DNA of 59,047 bases from an uncultured Gammaproteobacteria bacterium (GTDB lineage Bacteria > Pseudomonadota > Gammaproteobacteria > UBA4575): positions 1-59,047 of the forward strand of contig CAJQLY010000022.1 in NCBI GenBank assembly GCA_905479295.1. The letters are read 5' to 3'. How positions within the stretch are numbered: the first letter of the stretch is position 1; the number at the start of each line of letters is the position of its first letter. The notes under the pieces are model-generated. The model saw nothing but the letters and a program-made list of their open reading frames with translations, did no database searches and was not told the DNA's origin. Positions 1-10,329 of the stretch are shown one piece after another. The position numbers and the translations under genes were made by a program.

Positions 1-103
1 GATTCAATCTTAAATTCTTTAGCCATATTCTTATCGATTTCGTAAAAATGCAGTATGATTCCTGCTGCATTGCGGTTTACACAACTTTAGGACACCTACG
101 TCA

Positions 104-1288
104 TTGAACATCAAACTAGCCTCTCGTGTTGGCAGAATCAAACCCTCTCCGACCCTCGCCGTCACCGCTAAAGCGGTTCAGCTACGACAGCAGGGTGTCG
201 ACGTTATCAACCTCGCCGTTGGTGAGCCTGATTTTGATACGCCAGAGAACATTAAGGCCGCTGCACACCGTGCAATGCAGGCCGGTAAGACCAAATATAC
301 ACCGGTTGCAGGCACTGCCAGCCTGAAACAAGCCATCATCAACAAGTTTGAGCAAGACAACAAGCTTAGCTACAGCAATAAAGAGATCTTAGTCTCTAAT
401 GGTGGTAAACAAAGTTTCTACAATCTGTGCCAAGCACTGATTGATAAAGATGATGAAGTCATCATCCCTGCACCTTACTGGGTATCCTATCCCGACATGG
501 TGTTATTAGCCGATGGCACACCAATCTTCATACAAGCAGGGCAAGAACAGCAGTTCAAGATCACTGCCGACCAACTCGCAGCGGCGATTACCCCACGCAC
601 TAAGCTCTTTGTTATTAATAGCCCATCTAACCCGACTGGTGTTTGTTATAACAAGACTGAATTAATAGCGTTAGCAGAAGTGCTAAAACAGCATCCTCAA
701 GTTTGGATTGCAACCGACGATATGTATGAGCATATCCTTTTCGGTCAGCGTGCGTTCGTTAATATCTTAAACACCTGCCCAGAACTGAAAGATCGTACTA
801 TCGTTATGAACGGTGTTTCCAAGGCCTACTCTATGACCGGTTGGCGTATTGGCTATGCTGCAGGACCAGTAGAAATCATCGGCCCTATGAGTAATATCCA
901 GTCACAGAGCACCTCAAACCCAAGCTCGATCTCACAAGAGGCTGCTGAGGAAGCGCTAACTGGACCACAAGACTTTGTGCAGATGATGTCGAACGATTTT
1001 GAGCAACGACATAACTTTGTTGTCGATGGTCTAAATGCCATTAAGGGCATCTATTGCACCCCTTCACAGGGTACTTTCTATTGCTTTGCTAATATCCAAC
1101 AGGCTATCAGTGATCTTGATGGCATCAACAATGATGTCGAATTTGCGACCTTCCTACTGGAAGAGTGTGGTGTTGCAGTAGTGCCCGGCAGTGCCTTTGG
1201 CCTAGAGGGTTATATGCGCATCTCATTTGCTAACTCACGTGACAATCTAACCGCAGCATTAGCCAAATTAAAAGCGGTATTGGGCTAG
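104..1288 (+). CDS. aspC: PLP-dependent aspartate aminotransferase (class I/II)
   Basis: GEPDFDTP, KYTPVAG, NSPSNPTG and SKAYSMTGWRIGY (PLP lysine) motifs; TTG start. Confidence 0.9.
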   Translation: MNIKLASRVGRIKPSPTLAVTAKAVQLRQQGVDVINLAVGEPDFDTPENIKAAAHRAMQAGKTKYTPVAGTASLKQAIINKFEQDNKLSYSNKEILVSNGGKQSFYNLCQALIDKDDEVIIPAPYWVSYPDMVLLADGTPIFIQAGQEQQFKITADQLAAAITPRTKLFVINSPSNPTGVCYNKTELIALAEVLKQHPQVWIATDDMYEHILFGQRAFVNILNTCPELKDRTIVMNGVSKAYSMTGWRIGYAAGPVEIIGPMSNIQSQSTSNPSSISQEAAEEALTGPQDFVQMMSNDFEQRHNFVVDGLNAIKGIYCTPSQGTFYCFANIQQAISDLDGINNDVEFATFLLEECGVAVVPGSAFGLEGYMRISFANSRDNLTAALAKLKAVLG

Positions 1289-1368
1289 CAAGATTTAAGT
1301 CAGTAAAGACCCACAGATACGAGGGGCTAGTTGGTTCAACTAGCGATAGGAGCTAACAGGGAAGAAAT

Positions 1369-1444
1369 TGGCTCCTCGGGACGGGCTCGAACCGCCGACC
1401 TAGTGATTAACAGTCACCCGCTCTACCAACTGAGCTACCGAGGA
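1369..1444 (-). tRNA. tRNA-Asn (GTT)
   Basis: Reverse complement TCCTCGGTAGCTCAGTTGGTAGAGCGGGTGACTGTTAATCACTAGGTCGGCGGTTCGAGCCCGTCCCGAGGAGCCA: 76 nt, D and T arms, anticodon GTT, encoded CCA. Confidence 0.97.
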
Positions 1445-1459
1445 ACAAAGGAGCGGTGA

Positions 1460-1488
1460 ATGGTACTGATCTAGATCAGCTGGGTCAA
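1460..1488 (-). promoter_or_regulatory. Sigma70 promoter of tRNA-Asn
   Basis: Minus strand TTGACC-17 nt-TACCAT, about 15 nt upstream of the tRNA 5' end. Confidence 0.7.
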
Positions 1489-1632
1489 TAATCAAAACTA
1501 CCGTAAAGCCAATTAATAATGTGAATTTAGCAAAAAAAGCTACTATATACCTCAATTAGTTAATATAATTAAAACTAAGCGCTGGGAAGTAGTAATACTC
1601 CCCCAAACATTATCTAAAAAATATCTGGGTGA

Positions 1633-1812
1633 ATGATCTCTAAATTCTTCAGATCAAATAATACTAATCAAAAAATGTTAGATAAACCTAAATTCGAACA
1701 TGCACTACAACACTGGAAACAATCTGAAAAGCTACATCATCAGAAAAGTGTGCAGACACACCATAAGAAAAAAAAAACAAATCTTTGCTTGCAAGATTTG
1801 CTCGTAGAATAA
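1633..1812 (+). other. Short upstream ORF (59 aa), possibly the frameshifted N-terminus of the RgpF-like gene
   Basis: ATG at 1633 reads through the A10 tract (1768-1777) and stops at 1810-1812; one extra A joins it in frame to ORF 1785..2678. Confidence 0.45.
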
Positions 1813-2678
1813 AAAAACTAAAGAAGGCAAGCGTACACTTTTTTTATCTATCTTTTTCATCGTGTAAGAAAATCGGTAAAAAAAAGGCACTTCTATCCCA
1901 GCCTTGCACATACAGAATGCATGTAAAAACCAGCACTAAAGAAAACTCACAGGTCTTGGCGGTTGTTATACATGCATTTTATTTCGATATATTCATACGC
2001 ATACTAGAAAAAACAGCATCTATCAGTACGCCTTATACACTGTATATCACTACTCATCAGGGAATAGCACAAGAAGTATCATCGCATATGAAGTCACTAG
2101 GTCTAGACGCTCATATCGAGGTGTATAACAACAGAGGAAGAGACGTTCTGCCTTTCCTAAAGGTCATTGATTTAATTAAAACCAATGGGCATCAAGTTAT
2201 TTTAAAGTTACACACCAAAAAATCACCGCATATAGCTTTTAATGGGGGACGCATTTGGTGTGACAGCATGGTTGACCAATTACTAGAAAAAAGAATAACT
2301 GGTGAAGCAATTAAGAACTTCATTACTTACCCTACATTAGGTCTCATCGGCCCATCTAACCATCTATACCCCCTATGGCGTAAGGGAGGCATTAATATGC
2401 CGAAAGTCAAAGAGCTAGCGAAAAAAATAGACAACCAAGGTGATATCAGTCAACTGTTTTTTGTTGGTGGCACTATGTTTTATGCCAGAGTCAATATATT
2501 TGATCCATTACTAAAGCTAGATATCAAAAATACTGACTTTGAAGAAGAGCCTATTCCCCTAGATGGCACTTTAGCCCATGTCATTGAGCGAGCTTTTGCA
2601 CTTGCAGTAGATAAAGAGGGGTTAGAAACAGTTGACACTCGATTTATTAAGTCGTTGAATAATCAAGACGCCGCTTAA
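1785..2678 (+). CDS. Rhamnan synthesis F (RgpF)-like glycan biosynthesis protein
   Basis: VVIHAFYFD, LYITT, NRGRDVLPFL, LKLHTKKSPH, GTMFYAR and DGTLAHVIER motifs; AT-rich; true start uncertain. Confidence 0.75.
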   Translation: MLARFARRIKKLKKASVHFFYLSFSSCKKIGKKKALLSQPCTYRMHVKTSTKENSQVLAVVIHAFYFDIFIRILEKTASISTPYTLYITTHQGIAQEVSSHMKSLGLDAHIEVYNNRGRDVLPFLKVIDLIKTNGHQVILKLHTKKSPHIAFNGGRIWCDSMVDQLLEKRITGEAIKNFITYPTLGLIGPSNHLYPLWRKGGINMPKVKELAKKIDNQGDISQLFFVGGTMFYARVNIFDPLLKLDIKNTDFEEEPIPLDGTLAHVIERAFALAVDKEGLETVDTRFIKSLNNQDAA

Positions 2679-2893
2679 CTACTTTCTCTATATTCAAAGT
2701 AAAAACTTCTATTGGCTCCCAAGCAAGCCGGCCTTGAATATCACTTCAATCAACTGCATCGCAATGATCATGTCTCATTAGTTAATTTCTCCAGTAGCGT
2801 TTCGCTTCTATTTTTGCTCAAAATAGTCTGTTAAAGTACAACTTAAAATTTATAATTCATGTAAAACTTCGCTTATTTAAAGCATTTCGCCAG

Positions 2894-3754
2894 ATGAAAA
2901 ACCTTCTTATTTTCTCCAGCTATTCGGCAGACGGTTCGCTACCGCCTTATGTCTTACATTTACTCAAAAACATACAAAATAGCTGTGCGATCACTAAGAC
3001 CATATTTGTTTGGACCGGACCAAAACTATCCCAGCTAACACACGAAGCCTTGAGAGCGAGCAACACTGAGATTGTTATGCGTGAAAATATTGGCTTTGAC
3101 TTTGCTTCATACAAGCATGCCTTAGCTCGTGAGAACCCTCAAGAATCCGACTATGATGGGATATTTTTTGCCAATGATAGTGTCTACGGTCCCTTTAATA
3201 GCTTAAAGATAGCCGTAGCAGGCCATGAACTATTCGACATTTGGGGTATGACTGATAGCTGGCAACATACTTATCATTTGCAAACCTATTTCTTCTATAT
3301 CAGAAATACTGCATTCCAAGAAATTCAATCATTCTTTCATCAATATGAAATTTACACTGAGCACTCAGATATCGTCAAATATGGAGAAATGAAGCTAGCT
3401 CAGTGGTTTTTAAATCGTGGAAAAAAATTAGGATGCAAATTCACCATAGAAAAGATTGTTGCGCATCATTTAAGTGATAAACCAATTTTAAAATTGATCA
3501 CTAGCCTAAAGTCTATTTTTTCATCCTTCAAAAAATCTAAGCAAGTATTTTTAGACTTTAGCCCAACGAAGAAACTATGGAAAAGCTGTCTGCACGAAGG
3601 ATCGCCCTTTATTAAACGCAAACTATTGGTTGAGAAGAAAAACTATAAGTACCATAAAGAAGAGTGGATCCAAGCGATAAACCCTGGGTATGAAGTCGCA
3701 ACACAACTTGCATATGAATCTGTGACTATCGAGCGTGCAAGAAAAGCCAAATAA
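2894..3754 (+). CDS. Rhamnan synthesis F (RgpF N-terminal type) family protein
   Basis: RENIGFDFASYK, FANDSVYGPF, DIWGMTDS, HLQTYF, YGEMKL and PFIKRKLL motifs. Confidence 0.75.
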   Translation: MKNLLIFSSYSADGSLPPYVLHLLKNIQNSCAITKTIFVWTGPKLSQLTHEALRASNTEIVMRENIGFDFASYKHALARENPQESDYDGIFFANDSVYGPFNSLKIAVAGHELFDIWGMTDSWQHTYHLQTYFFYIRNTAFQEIQSFFHQYEIYTEHSDIVKYGEMKLAQWFLNRGKKLGCKFTIEKIVAHHLSDKPILKLITSLKSIFSSFKKSKQVFLDFSPTKKLWKSCLHEGSPFIKRKLLVEKKNYKYHKEEWIQAINPGYEVATQLAYESVTIERARKAK

Positions 3755-3951
3755 ACCTTAACCTCAATTAGTGATCAATTTGGCATTTTTAAAATCCACT
3801 CCCAAGCAGTCCTCGTGTGACAAGATGGTTTTTTTGAATGGCCCATTCAATACCTAGCTCAGCCTCAACACAGTAATACCGTGTCGCCCGATAAACTAGC
3901 TCAGTAAGCACCGCTAAAAAAGATGGCTTACATAAAGTGATCGAACTCAGC

Positions 3952-4830
3952 TTATTTGAAACAATCCATTTTTTTTAGATAAGCTTTAAATGCAGCTCCC
4001 ACTTCGGGGTGCTTTAAACCGTATTCTAAAGTGGCCTGTAGATATCCTAATTTACTACCACAGTCATAACGCCGTCCTTCAAATTCATAGGCATAAACCG
4101 ATTCCTGTTGTAGTTGTTTCACAATCGCATCAGTTAGTTGAATCTCACCACCTGAACCTGGCTGGGTTTCTTCCAACATCTCAAAAATCGAGCTTTCTAA
4201 AATATAACGCCCCACCACAGCTACATTAGAGGGGGCATCTTCTGGTTTTGGTTTTTCCACCAACCCAGATAGTTTCCATAAGCGGTCTTTTGTATTTTGA
4301 CCTGCAACAACGCCATAATTTTTTACATTCTCTAAAGGCACTTTTTGCACCCCAATAACACCACTCTGCTCTTTTTCATACACATCAACCATCTGCTGCA
4401 AACAACTCTTATCACCACCATCGATAAGGTCATCCGCAAGAATAATAGCAAAAGGCTCATCACCAACTACTGACTTACTACACAAAACAGCATGCCCCAG
4501 ACCCAAGGCTTCAGATTGGCGAATATAAATACATGAAATTTCTGGCGGCAGAATATGCTGTACTTCAGCTAGCCGGTCTAACTTACCACTGGCTTCTAAT
4601 TCAGACTCAAGCTCATACGCTTTATCGAAGTGATCAGGAATTGCACGTTTGTTACGGCCAATGATAAAAATTAAGGTATCAATACCAGCATTCACTGCCT
4701 CTTCCGCCGCATATTGAATTAAGGGCTTATCAACAATGGGGAGCATTTCTTTCGGGTTGGCTTTAGTCGCAGGTAAAAAACGCGTACCCAACCCTGCTAC
4801 TGGAAAGACTGCTTTACGAACTTTTTTCAT
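3952..4830 (-). CDS. galU: UTP-glucose-1-phosphate uridylyltransferase
   Basis: [30 protein letters not shown] and GEIQLTDAI; start moved to MKKVRK. Confidence 0.96.
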   Translation of the reverse strand: MKKVRKAVFPVAGLGTRFLPATKANPKEMLPIVDKPLIQYAAEEAVNAGIDTLIFIIGRNKRAIPDHFDKAYELESELEASGKLDRLAEVQHILPPEISCIYIRQSEALGLGHAVLCSKSVVGDEPFAIILADDLIDGGDKSCLQQMVDVYEKEQSGVIGVQKVPLENVKNYGVVAGQNTKDRLWKLSGLVEKPKPEDAPSNVAVVGRYILESSIFEMLEETQPGSGGEIQLTDAIVKQLQQESVYAYEFEGRRYDCGSKLGYLQATLEYGLKHPEVGAAFKAYLKKMDCFK

Positions 4831-4951
4831 GGCTATTAGACTCAGAGGCATAGTAATAAGAATCAGCTTATTAACTATATATGAATCCCTTAAAAATAGC
4901 AGGATTTAGAGTTAAACCCTGCTACTTAATCGCCTGAATTATCTAGCTTAA

Positions 4952-5230
4952 TTACTCGGTAATCGTCTCTACCACGATCAAATCTTTATTCAGCTCTAAT
5001 GTCGAAATACCAATACCGCGCACCTGCAACAACTGATCTATATCATGATATTCACCATGCTCATCACAGTAGTCAACAATAGCCCTCGCCTTCACCATAC
5101 CGACCTGCTGAAGATTTTCAGCAATCTCTTCAACGTTAGCTTGATTAATATTAATCGGCTGAGCTTGAATGCTGACAGCTCCCAGACAGAGGGCTAAACA
5201 TAACAGTAAGGTTTTACCTATTCTCATCAT
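4952..5230 (-). CDS. comEA: ComEA-like helix-hairpin-helix DNA-binding protein
   Basis: Signal peptide followed by ININQA...VGMVKARAIVDY...VRGIG. Confidence 0.85.
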   Translation of the reverse strand: MMRIGKTLLLCLALCLGAVSIQAQPININQANVEEIAENLQQVGMVKARAIVDYCDEHGEYHDIDQLLQVRGIGISTLELNKDLIVVETITE

Positions 5231-5333
5231 TATTCTCCGAAGTTATCGATCGAAAGATACAATATGAGCCTTACGGCTCAACACAAGAACAGTTTAGGTA
5301 GAGTGGAACTAGTCGGTAAGACGCGACAGTGCG

Positions 5334-6068
5334 TTACGCACTAGTGAACGCGGTATAGAATTTCATTAGTGCAGCTTGTGGGTCTTGCGAGCATGTAATT
5401 GGCCTGCCGACAACGATATGCGACACACCAACTGTTTGCGCTTGTTCAGGTGTAAAGATACGATGTTGATCATCCTTAGCATCCTCTGGCAAGCGTATAC
5501 CCGGCGTCACGGTTAAAAACTCAGCCCTATTTTGAGCACGAATAGCAGCCACCTCTTGTGCCGAACAGACCACACCATCACAGCCATGATCAGCAGCCAT
5601 AGTTGCCCAATGATCAACCACTTCTGGAATCTTTCTAGCAACACCAATCTGATGCAACGTATCTTGATCCATCGAAGTCAATACAGTCACCGCAATCAGC
5701 AATGGCGCTGGTCCAGTAGCTTGGCAATCTAAGGCCTCACGTGCAGCTGTAATCATCTTTGGCCCTCCTGAAGCATGGATGTTAACCATCCAGACACCCA
5801 GCTTGCTGGCAGCCGCACAGGCGCTGGCCACTGTATTCGGAATATCATGAAATTTAAGATCAAGAAAAACACGGAACCCCTGTGAAACCAAAGTTTCAAC
5901 CAAGGCTGGACCTGCTGCAACAAAGAGCTCAAAACCAACTTTTAATGCACAGTACTTGGGCTTAAGTTGACGCACAAAGGTAAGCGCTGATTCTGCATCG
6001 GCAAAATCTAAAGCGATAATGACGTAATGATCTTTGGGGAGAGAACTATCTGACATCTGAACTGGCAT
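5334..6068 (-). CDS. pyrF: Orotidine-5'-phosphate decarboxylase
   Basis: IIALD, FLDLKFHDIPNT, VTVLTS, TPGIR and VVGRPI. Confidence 0.97.
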   Translation of the reverse strand: MPVQMSDSSLPKDHYVIIALDFADAESALTFVRQLKPKYCALKVGFELFVAAGPALVETLVSQGFRVFLDLKFHDIPNTVASACAAASKLGVWMVNIHASGGPKMITAAREALDCQATGPAPLLIAVTVLTSMDQDTLHQIGVARKIPEVVDHWATMAADHGCDGVVCSAQEVAAIRAQNRAEFLTVTPGIRLPEDAKDDQHRIFTPEQAQTVGVSHIVVGRPITCSQDPQAALMKFYTAFTSA

Positions 6069-6101
6069 TTCCTAGAATTAAAACTGTCCAGTTAGCATGA
6101 A

Positions 6102-6413
6102 TTAGCTTGGATCTTTCTTCAAGCCGTTATTGACGCGTTCGCGCAATTCTTTACCTGGCTTAAAATGTGGCACATATTTTTCGGTAAGCGTGACATTCTC
6201 GCCACTCTTTGGATTGCGCCCAATACGGGGTGGACGAAAGTGCAGTGAAAAACTACCGAATCCACGGATTTCGATACGCTCTCCCGATGAAAGCGCATGA
6301 CTCATTTGCTCAATCATGCTTTTCACCGAAAGTTCGATATCTTTATGCTGCAGGTGCCCCTGCTTCTGAGCGATTTTCTCGATTAATTCTGATTTAGTAA
6401 TCACGTTGCTCAT
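6102..6413 (-). CDS. ihfB: Integration host factor beta
   Basis: TKSELIE...[27 protein letters not shown]; follows rpsA. Confidence 0.96.
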   Translation of the reverse strand: MSNVITKSELIEKIAQKQGHLQHKDIELSVKSMIEQMSHALSSGERIEIRGFGSFSLHFRPPRIGRNPKSGENVTLTEKYVPHFKPGKELRERVNNGLKKDPS

Positions 6414-6453
6414 TAAGCACATTCCTTAAACGATAGTTCGCTATGCATGGGCT

Positions 6454-8124
6454 TTAAGAATCATCGCTCATCTGTTCTTTCAAGATGTCGCCGAGAGAAG
6501 TGGAAGCACCATCGGAATTAGAATAATCCGACAATACCGCTTGTTCTTCCTGCATTTCCTTGGCTTTAATCGATAGACCGATAGTACGCGTCTTGCGATC
6601 AACACCAATGAACTTAGCCTCAACAGCATCACCGACTTTAAGCACAGTGCTTAGATCTTCGATCTTCTCACGTGCATATTCAGTCGCTTTTAAGACACCT
6701 TCAATACCTTCACCAAGATCGATGATGGCTGCACGTGCATCAACTTCTTTAACGGTACCGTCAAGGATGTTGCCTTTCGAATTACCAGCCATGAACTCAG
6801 ATAGAGGATCTTGATCTAACTGCTTAATACCAAGTGAAATACGCTCACGCTCAGCATCAACTGCCAATACGACTGCTTCAACTTCATCACCCTTCTTGAA
6901 GTTGCGAATAGCATCTTCGCCAGTGTCACTCCAAGAGATATCAGACAAGTGAACCAAGCCATCAATACCACCATCTAGGCCGATAAATACACCGAAGTCG
7001 GTGATTGACTTGATCTGACCACTAACTTTAGCGCCCTTATCATACATCGCAGCAAACTCGTCCCAAGGGTTCGACTTACACTGCTTGATGCCAAGAGAAA
7101 TACGACGACGTTCTTCATCAATATCTAGCACCATGACTTCGACTTCATCACCGAGAGCCACAATCTTCGCTGGGTTGATGTTCTTACTAGTCCAATCCAT
7201 TTCTGAAACGTGAACCAAACCTTCAACACCATCTTCGATCTCAACAAAACAACCGTAGTCAGCAATGTTAGTAACCTTACCAAAGACGCGTGCGCCTTCA
7301 GGGAAACGACGAACTAAATCAGCCCATGGGTCTGATCCCAACTGTTTCAAGCCAAGAGATACGCGGGTCTTCTCTTTATCAAACTTAAGTACTTTAACTT
7401 CGATCTCATCACCGATAGATACAATCTCAGAAGGATGCTTAACACGCTTCCAAGCCATGTCGGTAATATGTAGCAGACCGTCGACACCACCTAAATCTAA
7501 GAACGCACCGTAATCGGTTAGGTTCTTCACGATACCCTTAACGACACTGCCGTCTTGTAGCGTTTCAAGTAATGTCTCACGCTCAGCGCTGTATTCAGTC
7601 TCAACTACGGCACGACGTGATACCACAACGTTGTTACGACGTTGATCTAACTTAATAACCTTAAATTCGAGTTCTTTACCTTCTAGGTAAGTCGTGTCAC
7701 GCACTGGGCGTACATCGACTAATGAGCCAGGAAGGAATGCGCGAATATCTGGTAGTTCAACGGTGAAGCCACCCTTGACCTTGCCAGTGATAATACCAGT
7801 AACCGAATCACCTGATTCGTGGATGCGTTCTAATTCACCCCATGCCTTAGCACGTCTAGCCTTCTCGCGAGATAATTTGGTTTCTCCATAACCATCTTCA
7901 ACAGACTCAAGCGCAACTTCTACGATGTCACCAACATTTACAGTGGTCTCACCACGCTCATTCTTGAATTGGTCAATGGGAATAACGCCTTCAGATTTTA
8001 AGCCGGCGTTAACGACAACAACGTCGTTTCGGATTTCAACAACAACACCATCGATAATGGTGCCGGATTCCATATTTAGACTGGAAAAACTTTCTTCCAG
8101 TAGTTCAGCGAAAGATTCACTCAT
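6454..8124 (-). CDS. rpsA: 30S ribosomal protein S1
   Basis: [12 protein letters not shown] start, repeated S1 domains, 556 aa. Confidence 0.98.
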   Translation of the reverse strand: MSESFAELLEESFSSLNMESGTIIDGVVVEIRNDVVVVNAGLKSEGVIPIDQFKNERGETTVNVGDIVEVALESVEDGYGETKLSREKARRAKAWGELERIHESGDSVTGIITGKVKGGFTVELPDIRAFLPGSLVDVRPVRDTTYLEGKELEFKVIKLDQRRNNVVVSRRAVVETEYSAERETLLETLQDGSVVKGIVKNLTDYGAFLDLGGVDGLLHITDMAWKRVKHPSEIVSIGDEIEVKVLKFDKEKTRVSLGLKQLGSDPWADLVRRFPEGARVFGKVTNIADYGCFVEIEDGVEGLVHVSEMDWTSKNINPAKIVALGDEVEVMVLDIDEERRRISLGIKQCKSNPWDEFAAMYDKGAKVSGQIKSITDFGVFIGLDGGIDGLVHLSDISWSDTGEDAIRNFKKGDEVEAVVLAVDAERERISLGIKQLDQDPLSEFMAGNSKGNILDGTVKEVDARAAIIDLGEGIEGVLKATEYAREKIEDLSTVLKVGDAVEAKFIGVDRKTRTIGLSIKAKEMQEEQAVLSDYSNSDGASTSLGDILKEQMSDDS

Positions 8125-8205
8125 AATTTAAGTTAGTTTAAAGATAAAATGTTACGTTAATCGAAGATTGATTCTCTACGGAAAGACAGCCCTTTCAGTA
8201 TCGTT

Positions 8206-8901
8206 TTAATCACGTTCATTTATATGTTTCTGAACGCTTGCAACGACCATTTGAAAGACCTCTTTTTCCGATAATTCTGAGGAATCAATCACCCAAGCAT
8301 CATCAGCTTCTCGCAGCGGTGCCGTAGCACGCGTTCGATCACGTAAATCACGTTCACGAATGCTGGCGAAAAGGGCGTCAAAACTAGCACTAAGCCCTTG
8401 ATTAATCAACTGCTTATATCTCCTCTGCGCGCGTTCTTCACAACTCGCATCCAAAAAGATCTTAAAACTGGCCTGAGTGAAAACCACGGTCCCCATATCT
8501 CGGCCATCAGCAACCAATCCAGGGGGCTGCTGAAAGCTGTGCTGCAATGCCAAGAGCTGCGCTCTAACTGGCGCTAGACTGGCAATTTTAGAGGCCATTG
8601 CGGAACAGGCCTCGGTCCGTAAAAGGGCCTCAACGTTATTCCCGCCGACAAAAGTGGCATAGCCCTCACTTGCTGGAAATTCCAGATCTAAGCTAGCGGC
8701 GAGTTCGGTTAACTGCACCTCATCCTCGGCAGAAACGTCTTTTGCTAAGGCATCCACCGCTAATGCGCGATAAACCGCGCCACTATCAAGGTAGTGCAGG
8801 CCAAAATGCTCTGCTAAATTTTTCGATAGGCTGCCTTTTCCGACACCAGCAGGTCCATCGATAGTAATCGTTAGCGGCTTAGATTCACTCACAGACATCA
8901 A
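8206..8901 (-). CDS. cmk: Cytidylate kinase
   Basis: ITIDGPAGVGKG, LDSGAVYR and DGRDMGTVVF. Confidence 0.96.
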   Translation of the reverse strand: MMSVSESKPLTITIDGPAGVGKGSLSKNLAEHFGLHYLDSGAVYRALAVDALAKDVSAEDEVQLTELAASLDLEFPASEGYATFVGGNNVEALLRTEACSAMASKIASLAPVRAQLLALQHSFQQPPGLVADGRDMGTVVFTQASFKIFLDASCEERAQRRYKQLINQGLSASFDALFASIRERDLRDRTRATAPLREADDAWVIDSSELSEKEVFQMVVASVQKHINERD

Positions 8902-10186
8902 TACTCAAGCCAGCATCGCTGGCTAAACGGACAAAATTAGGGAATGAGGTTGCAACATTGGCACAGTCTAGAATTTCAACTGGCTCTTGTGCTGCCAGCG
9001 AAGCCACCGTAAAGGCCATAGCAATCCGATGATCACTACCACTATCGATACAGCCACCACCAATACGACCACCGACGATAGATAAGCCATCAGCAAATTC
9101 CTCATGCGCAACACCTAAGGTCTTCAGACCTTTTGCAACTTGCGCGATACGATCACTCTCCTTCACGCGTAATTCAGCTGCCTCCGTAATCCGTGTAGTC
9201 CCGCTGGCACAAGCAGCAGCAATACAAATAATAGGAAACTCATCAATCGCTGAAGGCACTAACTCGGTCGGCACATCTATCCCCTGCAACTGACTAGCAC
9301 GCGCCACAATCGTTGCCACTGGCTCACCATCGACCAATTGTTGATCACGAATCTCAATATCTGCATTCATCGCCAGCAAGATATCTAACACACCAGTACG
9401 CGTTGGATTCAAACCCACATTAGGCAACACCACTTCGCCACTCTCAGCGATACAGGCTGCGACAATAAAAAAGGCTGCAGAGGAAATATCTGCTGGCACT
9501 TGTAGTGTTCGTCCTTGCCAACTGTGTCCACCACTCACACTAATACGATTACCTTGCTTTTGAATCGGGTGACCAAAGGCCTGCAACATCCGCTCAGTAT
9601 GATCTCGCGTCGCCTTAGGCTCGATCACCGTGGTCTCACCTTGAGCATACAAACCAGCCAAAAGAATCGACGATTTAACCTGTGCACTGGCCACCGGCAA
9701 TTCATATTCTATTGCTTGTAATTGTGTCACTGGTCGCACCTCAACCGGTGGCGTACCACTCTCAGCAGTCACCACATCTGCCCCCATTAGGCCCAGTGGA
9801 TCACAGACACGGCGCATCGGGCGCGTCATCAAAGAATGATCCCCACGCAGGCAACTAGCAAATGCCTGCCCGGCCAATAGGCCAGTCAGCAAGCGAATAG
9901 AAGTGCCTGAATTACCGATATCAAGATCGTCAGCAGGTGCTTTCAATCCATGCTTGCCTACGCCCTGCACCAGCACATCACCATTATCTAACCGTTGGCT
10001 TTGCACACCCATAGCAGCAAACGCATTTAATGTTGCGAGGCAATCCTCACCCTCAAGAAACCCTTGAATACGTGACTCTCCTTCGGCAATAGCGGCAAAC
10101 ATCACGGCACGATGCGAAATTGATTTATCACCAGGCACTTTAAAAGTCCCGGCAAATTCACGTCTAGGTGTGACTAAAAACTTCAA
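8885..10186 (-). CDS. aroA: EPSP synthase
   Basis: PGDKSISHRA, GNSGT, ASAQVKS, RVKESDRI and DHRIAM. Confidence 0.97.
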   Translation of the reverse strand: MKFLVTPRREFAGTFKVPGDKSISHRAVMFAAIAEGESRIQGFLEGEDCLATLNAFAAMGVQSQRLDNGDVLVQGVGKHGLKAPADDLDIGNSGTSIRLLTGLLAGQAFASCLRGDHSLMTRPMRRVCDPLGLMGADVVTAESGTPPVEVRPVTQLQAIEYELPVASAQVKSSILLAGLYAQGETTVIEPKATRDHTERMLQAFGHPIQKQGNRISVSGGHSWQGRTLQVPADISSAAFFIVAACIAESGEVVLPNVGLNPTRTGVLDILLAMNADIEIRDQQLVDGEPVATIVARASQLQGIDVPTELVPSAIDEFPIICIAAACASGTTRITEAAELRVKESDRIAQVAKGLKTLGVAHEEFADGLSIVGGRIGGGCIDSGSDHRIAMAFTVASLAAQEPVEILDCANVATSFPNFVRLASDAGLSIDVCE

Positions 10187-10329
10187 GCTCTTACTTCCCT
10201 TAAAAATTAACTAGGTGGATAGCCAACTAATATCTATGGTCAACCCATGAAGACCTACACTCTAATAGGTTTCATCTAATACAGAAGATACATGTCGGCA
10301 GAGGGTTGCAACAGGACAACCGTGATTAC

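Noticed and set aside
2672-2836. Integron attC-like site (GCTTAAC overlapping the stop codon)
   Set aside because: No well-matched GTTRRRY with paired L boxes, the pattern is not clearly repeated after the second gene, and no intI is present.
3854-3904. Two CTAGCTCAG copies resembling a tRNA D-arm or att remnant
   Set aside because: No T-arm or acceptor stem, and they lie on the 5' side of the tRNA, not where a 3'-end att duplication would be.
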